Shown here one piece after another: positions 24,363 through 33,118 of a stretch of DNA of 33,118 bases. The position numbers and the translations under genes were made by a program. The stretch comes from Hydrurus foetidus (lineage: Eukaryota), in the NCBI GenBank assembly GCA_900617105.1, contig UYFQ01000124.1, positions 62,001 to 95,118 of the forward strand, given 5' to 3'. Under the pieces are notes generated by a model, which did not search any database, was not told where the DNA came from, and saw only the letters and a program-made list of their open reading frames with translations. Position 1 is the first letter of the stretch. The number at the start of each line of letters is the position of its first letter.

Positions 24363-25048
24363 CGGAGAGTCAGAACACTCAATTTATAGCTGAGGAATTC
24401 TCGAAATTTGTACCGACGGAGCTACGCAATATGTCTGAAGCTGGAGCGATTCAGAAAAACAATTCCATCCAGTCCTCAACAATGAGTTGAGTTATGATAA
24501 CTCCAAATGTGTCACGAAGTGCTCGTCCATCTCTTGAATGGTTGGACATAGGTTACGGATTGGATGATCAGGTCCAGGATCCCTCACTCCTTAGAACTTT
24601 GAAAAGGGTAACCCGCTGTCACCAGTATATAGATGGACAGCTCTGTTCCGTTGGAATAGGCATAGGCGATGTTGTTCGTTGTTTTGCAGTGCTGACTGTC
24701 AACACCCACAAACGTATTGCTGAAACCGAATCATTTGCAAAACTTCTGTGATCGTTGTATGTCAAAAGAAAAATCCGTTAAACTAGTTTTGGTTCCCCAC
24801 TCTGTGCGCTACTTTTAAATTAATTGGATCAGTATCGATGATAAAAATTAAAAAAATCAATACCATGAAAACGGTTTTGAACTAAATAAAAAATCTCATA
24901 TACTACGTTAGGATAGATTAAAAGTCATTTGATTCGGTGAGCATCAAGAAGAGAAGATACCTTACAGTAAGAAACGCTTCAGTATAGTAGTGCGTGAAAT
25001 GAGATATGGAACGATAGAATCCAAAAACAACATAAAAAAAGTCTCGAG

Positions 25049-27241
25049 TTACATCTCGTATAGCTTAGAGTCGACAAAGTCGATTAGTTCATCTTCCCAG
25101 CGGTCCCACTGATGGACACACACTGACTTCGTGCCATCATTGTTCAGGATGTATCCTTCTTTGTCTCTGATCTTCCAGTGGGTATCGAGAGGTCCTTTCA
25201 TAGCCTGAGGAACTCTGCGGTGATTTTTAGATACGAATTGAAGGAGGTATTTAGTTCGAAGAGTTTAATGGTCATTATGTGTCTTTATTTGTTTTGTTTT
25301 GTTTTACTGATTAATCTCCCTCATTTTTGTATGTGTGTATGAAAAGGTGACATGTCTGTCAAACATTGAATTTACAAGTCACACATTAATCTCTAAGGGA
25401 TCCTACGAGTTGTCAGACACTCTTCGCCATATTGTCCTGTCTTCTCTTGGAGTAGCATTTAGTAAATGCACCATAGAGAAACAGAAATAAAATAATGGAC
25501 ATTTGTCACTACTGATTTACCTGGCCCCGTTTAGTGCTCCAATGGTATTAACTACTCCTTCTCCTTGCTGAAACAAAGTGGCATTGCCCTCGTCAGTGTT
25601 AAAGTGGCCATTGTAGAACAAATAGTTCTGATATCCCTGATCACTCTCTATATTATGCTTCCAGCACTTGACAGCATCCATTGACCTCAACATTGTCTTA
25701 AGGTAGAAGTAGATTGAGCGATATGAGCCCATTGTCGATCCAGAGCAAATGACTGGGTTGTGCTTGATGCTTTCCCAGGCAGGTTTGCCGAAACATTTCT
25801 CAACCCAGAGTGTGTTGTAGATACAGTTTGCGATTTGTTTCACTTTGAAGTTCTCAGCGTACATTCTTAAGTCGTACTTAGGAGTACGAGTGGGCACTGC
25901 ACCGAGAAGCCCAAAGGGGTTACCTACGATTCATGATATCAGGTGATGATCAATCATGTCTTGAAAAATATTCACATCTGATGAGAATTTGGATTTCATA
26001 GTGAGGGCGCTTCAAGGTGCGTGATATGCCTACATCATGGATTTACCTTGAAAGAAAGTGTCCCTGAAATCCAAGATTAGAATGTACGACTGAGCGGTGT
26101 ATTGTCTCAGCCAGTACTCGTACAAAGCATAGCGGATATTGGCGAACGTTCTGTGCGGTCTCGGATCTGGATATCCTAAGAAAGCATCTTCCAATTTGCA
26201 GTGATCCGGCCCTGCACAGTCCACTTGAAAGCCGTATGCAACAACACCTGTTTTTTTGACATACTCTGCCACACCAGGCTTCATCTTCTCAGGAGGAGAT
26301 ACGGCAAGCACTATGTCACCGTCATATCCATATTTCCGTAAAGAGCCCACGAAGCGTTGATACGAAACCATTGGATAGTTACAAGCCAGCGCAAAAATGG
26401 CGTCACCACCCTTGTGCTTGACACCATACAGTGGTACAGCACCTGTGAGTTGCAGTGGAAATGATTAAACTCGCGATGAGATGTGGTTACTTTCTGAACA
26501 GGTTAATGAGCGTGGATTGTGACGTACAAGTGCAACAAAAAAGAGAATGAAAAAGCTCCGGAATCCGGAGGAACTTGAGGGAAGAAAAAGTAGCGATCAT
26601 TCAAGATGCAGCCTTACTGTAGTGCGAGAAATGTTATTCGAAATCATTCCAAACTCTCATAAGAGTGCCATATTGTCGAATCTTCAACATCCCTCATATG
26701 ATGATGACATGGATGAGATCTTCTTCATATACACCATCATGCAATCTGATGGATTTAAGCACAACGGCGAAGCAGAGAGAGTACCATTTGTGGGGACAGC
26801 ACCGAGTAAAGGAAGATCCGTCATGTCTAGGGGTATCTTTCTCGCAACAGCTTTTTGCTCCTTTGGAATTAGTTCGACGTCACCATCAATACTGAATCTG
26901 GAGCTTCCCTTGCCACCGCTAACGACCGAGGAAGGTTTCCGCGGAATAACTTTCGAAGTATCGATGGACGGCAGAATGGCGTTCGAAGAATCCATGGGCG
27001 GTGGAATGACTTTCGAAGCACCCATGGACTTGGATAGAAAATCAAACAGAAATCCCTGTTTTTCATTTGTTACAGTGGGAGATTTTTCCTCGGCCACGGC
27101 TTCAGTGGCGTCGACAACTTTGGCCGAGAAGCGGGGATGATATGTCAGAAATAAACACCATCCAAAGAGTATAAGCACGAGGCCTCCAAGGATCCAATTT
27201 CCCCAGCGAATCGGAGCAGATTTCTTCGAGGGTCCTCTCAT
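25049..27241 (-). CDS. Type II membrane glycosyltransferase-like protein (GT-A-like), about 473 aa
   Basis: Exons 27241-26785, 26442-26047, 25923-25521 and 25214-25049 join in frame. Short basic tail, TM helix (WILGGLVLILFGWCLFLTY) and S/P stem, then RFVGSLRKYGYDGDIV, IRYALYE, ILILDFRDTFFQGNPF (DxxD), VICSGSTMG, SDQGYQNYL and VHQWDR. Confidence 0.8.
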
Positions 27242-27744
27242 CGTTGTAGAACTCAGTGGCGAGTTTACCACGCGTGGCAACTTTTGATTTCTACTGTTGC
27301 AGCCCTGTTGAACTCTCAGACATCTTTCAACATCGTAACGTTGATGAATTTTGGCCTCCTCGCAAATATAAGTTCCCACGGTTTTTGAAATTTTTGTTTG
27401 TTTCTGTTTCACAAAAAGTGAATCGAAACTTGAAATTAGAGGATAACCGGAGCTTGCGGAGGGTAGGATAGGTTCTCTGGATCGGAATTCCAAGCGACCG
27501 GGCAGTCCCGTATACCGTATAGGCTCACATTCCGATCAGGGGTATCAAAAATCGGACAAAAGTTGTTTTCACTGTTTTCTTTTTAGAATCGTAAATTGAA
27601 AATAAAACGAATTGCCGACTTCGCACACATCATCCTTCGAAGCTTTCTCCTCGATGACTTATATATACCGCCATCTCCATACCATCGTTCTAAATCTACA
27701 GCGCACTAAACGCCAAGTTTTAAAGAGTTCCTGAGGCGCTGAGG

Positions 27745-30700
27745 ATGGAAGAAAATTCGGATGAAATTTCGCTGCTTGACACGTCCACGGAGAGCCTTAG
27801 TTCTATTATTTCGAAAAGGGTGAATTTCCCATTGAAAAGGTATCGGCTTGCCTCAACTTCGCTAATCAATTTCACCAAGACCATCGTAAATGCTCATCTC
27901 TATATGCACTGAACCTAAATTGCATGTTGCTGGCGAAGAAGATTTGACGACAACCTGAGGTTACCAGAGATCGAAATATATGCTGCAGAGGATGATGTCC
28001 TCGCGATTTTGACGGAGCAAATTAATGGGGGCATTCAATTGCGCATAGATAATCACATTCTATCTAGTAGCGTAAGTAGTAGGTGCTTTTCTGTAAAGGT
28101 TGACGTAATCATACCTTCCATAGAAAGCTCAGCGAGAGATATCTTGGCCTTGATGTTTGGGAGAAAATACAATGAATTCGCGACGACATTCGGGATGAAA
28201 ATCAATGGGCGACCTAGAGGCCATAAAACATTGGTCGAAATAGATGTCGAGATTGATCGGGACTTTACCGTCAGCGATTTGCAGCCCATTTGGAACGACT
28301 TGGAGATGAAAAAATTTCCTCGTGCGGAAAAGCTGGTGAACGAACTGTGTCTCCACCACATGACCATAAACGAAAATAGGTGGCGGAACGTAAACCCCAA
28401 AAAATTGAAAATCATGATCGGTACCCAGTGTGCAGTAATGAAAGATTTAAAGTTGGATTCAGCAATAGTTAAAAAAACAGATGATAGACTGTGAGACGGA
28501 ACTTAATGAAAATGGTGATACTATTGACGATCTTGTTAGACAGGTAGCTAAAATGAAAGAAATTAACACTATATTAAAATCCCAATTGACAACACACGCT
28601 GAAGTTATTATCAAGAACCAAAACATCATGCTAAGAAATCATCAAAGTGAGATAGAACAGCTAAAATCAGAAATCAGAATTAAAGCAAATGAAATCCGTA
28701 AATTGAAAATAAGCAGAGCACTAATTAGGAGTAAATATAATACCAAAAAAGTGGATGGAATATCAAAAAATAATGACGAATCTTCTGGACATAGGAGTAT
28801 GCGAAGATCAGTTAATGCTGTTATGGATATTCTGCAACTGGAATCAAATGGAAATATTGAAAAACAAAAAGATATACTTAATAAAATTGCTGGAAAAATC
28901 AATTGTGAGGATCAACTAAATTCAATAAATCTATCAACAAGTGATGTTGGTAATAGTATTATGAAATTCTCCAGGACAATTTGGAAGTACGTCAATAACG
29001 AAGTTATTAAAAGTGCATTAAATACAGTGATATTGGCAGCAGTAACGTATAGTGAAATTTCAATTAGTCAACTAGCCTCATTATTTGGAATACAAAGACA
29101 GAATAGTCTTCTTCTTGCGGCATATGAAAAAAAGAAAGCATTTATTGGTCATGAGATAAGTCTAGAAAATCTAAAGTTATACGTTAAACACAAGGAAAGG
29201 AATAAAAGAAAAGATGCACTTTCAGATGATTTGGGGTTGAGGGCATCTATATTTTGGGAGAATAATTGTGAAATTTCCCCCAATATGAAAGATGTTTGCA
29301 GGCACCGTATTGACGGGGGTCCTTGGATAGAGCACATAAAACATTTTCAATATGATACAGAAGCCGAATTGTTAAAAAAGTTTTTGGATACAGGGGAGAT
29401 GATCGGTGTGAAGAACTTCCACGCATGTAAACCTTGGTTTGTTTATAATGGACCAATGAATACATGTGTTTGTGTTAAATGTCTTAACATTCAACTGATT
29501 AAAGAATCAGTTATTAGAAATAAGAACATATTAAGAATTCCATACGAGATTAAGTTTGCCTGGAGAATTATTGTTAACCTTTTCAGAGCAAACTTAATGG
29601 TACGTAGAGTCCAAAAAAAATTTCAAGTAAATATCGATGATTCCAAGGAATTACAAAACCTCAATACTTACAAATGGTATCAGATCATATCCGCATTGAC
29701 GACAAAATCGGATGTGTACAAAATTTGTCAGGGCAAACATAAAACTGATATTGCAGAGAGACTTATGTGTCGTGGAGCTTTACCATCATTTAGTGAATCT
29801 GCGGAGAAGATATGCGGGTTTCCCAGCTGCTATGGTGATTGTGCCAAAGCAGACACATGTGCGAAGTGCTTCAATTTAGTGAAACTTCACCGAGACGAGA
29901 ATTTGGAGCAAGAATTTTGGCCTCCAGCAACGCTCATAAAGTACAAATCATATTACAGTGAAGCCTCTGGGACAGGCAAAGAGGAGAGTGATTTACATGA
30001 GCATACTGTACATCCGTCCATTTTCATGCTTTACTTTAAGGTTATGACCAGAAAGTATTGTTATCATATTGCAAAAGTAAGATATTGCATCATTTCTTTT
30101 TCCATTTCCATTTCCATTTCCATTTCCATTTCCATTTCCATTTCCATTTCCATTTTCATTTTTATTTTCATTTTCATTTCATTCTCATTCTCATTCTCAT
30201 TCTCATTCTCATTCTCATTCTCATTCTTATTCTCGTTCTAATTCTCGTTTACATTCCTTTTTCTTTCTACACTTACTTTATTTATTTTATTTATTTCACT
30301 GTGAACCCTTTTTTTCATTCATCGTAGGTGAGAAGGCAAAAGCACTCACATCAAATGCAAGAAGAAAATATGTTGCCACATCAAATGACAGTAAATATGG
30401 ATTTCTCTCAAAATATCAAAACGAATGTTACAAGAGAAGAGACGCAGGGTGGGAATTGGAGCACTCAGGGGTGTACCCTTTTCATTAGTGTGCTCTGTTT
30501 TCTTTGCACTGCAACATGGAATTTGAGGCCACAGCATTTGCTGAAAGGTCAGCATGTATCAGTTCAAATTGATGATACAACCATGTACAGGTATGGGGTT
30601 GTTATGGAGGAGTGGATTACAAGCTCAAACGACCTCGTAAGTGTTTGGCACCCAGCTATGAGATCAATTACCAAATACGATATTGAGAAGGTGAAGCTGA

Positions 30701-31782
30701 GGAAGATGATTACGGTGCCACATGTAGTAGTTTCAGATTATAAGGGTCATGATTCTCTCTTTGTCAAATGCTACTTAGATGAGTTGCTTCTCGGGCCTGT
30801 AGGATGGTTGCAATCGCAGCAAGAATTCCTAGGCTTAAAGGAACGCATTAAAGAAGTCCATATTGATTCCGATGGTGCAGCATCTCACTTCAAAAATAAG
30901 GATTCCTTGTTCTCTACGACCGACTTTCAAGTTAAATACTGTTTGGATAGGTTAACTTGGACCTTTGGGGCACCAGGTCATGGTAAGGGTACATGGGACG
31001 GTTTCGGGGGTATTCTCAAGAATGCGGCTACACGCCGCATAGTAAGCGAGTCGCTAATCATCAAGACAGCAGCGGAAGTTTATGAACTTCTAATGCGTTT
31101 ATTCTGCTCAGAGATTAAAGAGGAGGAGTATGCTAATACAAAGCGCATTAAAGTAAAACATTGGTCGATTATATTACTTCACGAGGAGAGAATTAAAGAA
31201 TATCCCACTGTCGAACAGAACTCCATACAGAACATAGAAGCTTTTGATGGATCTTGCACTCAAAAAATATTCTATTTTGAGGCGATGCATAGAGGAGGAT
31301 TAGGATTTCAACTAAGTGCTTGCTGGTGCCCTGCATGCATTAGAGGGGTCAGATCAGGGGCGTTCAACTCAATCAAGGGATGTTTCAGTAAAGAGCGATT
31401 TGAATATAAGATAATTAGATGCACTGATCGGGCTTGGATTAATACATCTAAAGTTAGGATACATGATTTGGCATGTAACTTATTCAATACACTGAAAAAT
31501 GGAGATATGATAGCCTTCGACCCCATGCTATCTAACGGCAGCAGAAGACAGTGTAAATTTGACATTGGTCAAGTAGTCAGAATTTCTTACCCATATGATA
31601 TTGAGATTTCAATGTGGAAAAGTCTTACGTCAACAGAATATGTAAGCAAACTAACAGTTCAGAATATTCATAGGGACGCACTGAGATTTAAGTTTGTAGA
31701 TAATCCAATTCTGCAAAATAAAATTGTTCTCAATGATGAAATTTTTACCAGAATAACAAAAAACTTTTATAATGGTAATTGA
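27745..31782 (+). CDS. Sola2-like DDD transposase, intron-containing, with one +1 frame break (about 1,230 aa if repaired)
   Basis: Catalytic motifs NMDFSQN (D at 30400), IDSDGAASHFKN (D at 30871) and FGAPGHGKGTWDGFGG (D at 30997); KPWFV...CVCVKC and CWCPAC Cys clusters. Intron 30077-30327 joins the 28481 and 30328 ORFs in phase 0. A probable first exon 27745-27839 and intron to 27938/27941 is less certain. Frame break at the A7 run 28471-28477. Confidence 0.8.
30099..30240. repeat. Compound hexamer microsatellite (TTCCAT)n-(ATTCTC)n in the transposase intron
   Basis: Read directly; it explains the ISISIS/FSFSFS tail of the raw ORF. Confidence 0.95.
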
Positions 31783-33118
31783 GGTAACAGATCATAGGAA
31801 ATCTTACATTTTCCTTCATGACTGTAGATATCAAATCTCTTTTTTGTACGTATAATTATTATTTTTTGTCAACTTTTTAATCGTGCAAGACGTTGTTTAC
31901 TTGTCAATGAAGATATACTCAAAATTCTAAGTCAATCCGATACGAATTGATGGAGAAATAAACCTTTGACCGTCTACCCGTGATACCCCTGATCGGAATG
32001 TGAGCCTATAGTCTTCCATCCACATGATTTATGATTGAGAGACGCAAGTCTCGTTGCATAGCTATCTCACATGCATGCATCACATCTTTTGAAACGCTGC
32101 GGTCACGAATTGACCGCAGCGTTTCATCCACTGCACCTGCTTGCTGGTCATTGCAGCAGCGTAGCAACTTTATTTTGCAACGGCGTAACATTGGGACAGT
32201 GAAAATTATTCGGCAAGGGGATGGATATGAAATTGGAACTACTTAATGACTTCAAAAATGTCGATGGCGAAAGACTTCGCTCTCTCAATGTCTCGAGGAA
32301 TGGAGGGGGCGTCGAGACAGCGAGCGAGCTGCGCTTGTGCGCGTGGGATGTGCTAGCTATCGGGTATAGTGATCTTTGAGAAGGAGACGGCACAAAAGGG
32401 CGTAGTTCAGCATGCCAGGTTCAGTGAAAGAGCTTTGGAGGAAAAATGGAGGCGCTGTAGAAGGCTACTAAATCTATTCGACACATCTCTCATCTCTTCC
32501 GGGCATCAGCACTGTCCAAGTTATGGGGTCATTTTTTTTGTCAATCGATCTGAGCGAACAGGCAAGGGATATGAGCTCTTCGCAATGGACGGAGGCACCA
32601 CTGTCAGAGTTAGAATCGTGCAATGGATTCTGCCGCCGATATCAGCTGGAATCGGACCGGCACATCTCTACCTTAAGATTCCCTTTTTGCACGTCAATGT
32701 GGCGGCACTGTAGACGAGGTATTGGTGGCTCTTTAGGGGATTGCGTGTTGCATATTTTACGACTCATCTGTTGTAAGTAAAAGAGGCCATTTAGGGGATC
32801 GATCCCCCGACTCACAGGGACTTCTTTTTGAACCAAACCGCTACACCACTTGGCCAATTGCTTACGGAAAACCCAGAGGAAATTCAAGGGACCCCCTACA
32901 ATTTGGATTTTAATCAACAACGAAGTAAAAGAAAAAGGAGGAGATAAGGATGTGGATACAATCGCAGGAACTTTCTAGTGCGACACAGCCTATCAGTATC
33001 TGCTTTTAATCAAATCGAAAATGAGAAATAGAGAAGTTGTATAAAAGAATAACAAATAACACATAGGTGACTGCAAATGAAGGGAAATTGAAGCAAAATG
33101 CAGGAGAATGAAAAATTA

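Larger units (their letters stand above)
27522..32006 (+). mobile_element. Cut-and-paste DNA transposon, Sola2-like, 4,485 bp
   Basis: Perfect 26-bp TIRs GGCTCACATTCCGATCAGGGGTATCA (27522-27547, inverted at 31981-32006), flanked on both sides by TATA (27518-27521, 32007-32010). Encloses a DDD transposase gene. Confidence 0.9.

Noticed and set aside
24494..24751. 85-aa ATG ORF divergent from RBM34
   Set aside because: No motif, splice support or recognisable ncRNA structure; it cannot be supported without expression data.
26547..27140. 197-aa + strand ORF, and other antisense ORFs over GH30, RBM34, OsmC and the transposase
   Set aside because: Antisense shadows of supported exons.
1..33118. 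CRISPR array or prokaryotic defence system
   Set aside because: No repeat-spacer periodicity, and the window is intron-rich eukaryotic DNA.

Overview
Gene-dense eukaryotic nuclear DNA with GT-AG introns that often carry microsatellites. The gene content points to a stramenopile, probably an ochrophyte (inference). Hand-spliced, frame-consistent models give eight host protein genes: a 5'-truncated protein-only RNase P (PRORP) with a GC-AG intron, a coiled-coil/CxxC protein, a secreted VHL-like + 2OG-Fe(II) oxygenase, an intronless OsmC-family protein, a GH30 glucosylceramidase with an inserted ricin-type lectin segment, a PhoD phosphatase, RBM34/Nop12 and a type II membrane glycosyltransferase-like protein. 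The non-coding and mobile content is the most unusual part. (i) Two identical tRNA-Ser(GCT) genes lie in a near-perfect 555-bp inverted repeat whose 868-bp spacer holds a third, half-tRNA copy. (ii) A 4,485-bp DNA transposon (perfect 26-bp TIRs, TATA flanks) encodes a Sola2-like DDD transposase with spliceosomal introns, a +1 frame break in an A7 run and a Tudor-like insert in the catalytic core. (iii) A 576-bp CAGTG-ended MITE is present. (iv) Clusters of TA-CCG-TA / TA-CAG-TA words upstream of genes look like Tc1/mariner excision footprints. All family assignments come from remembered motifs; no searches were run.
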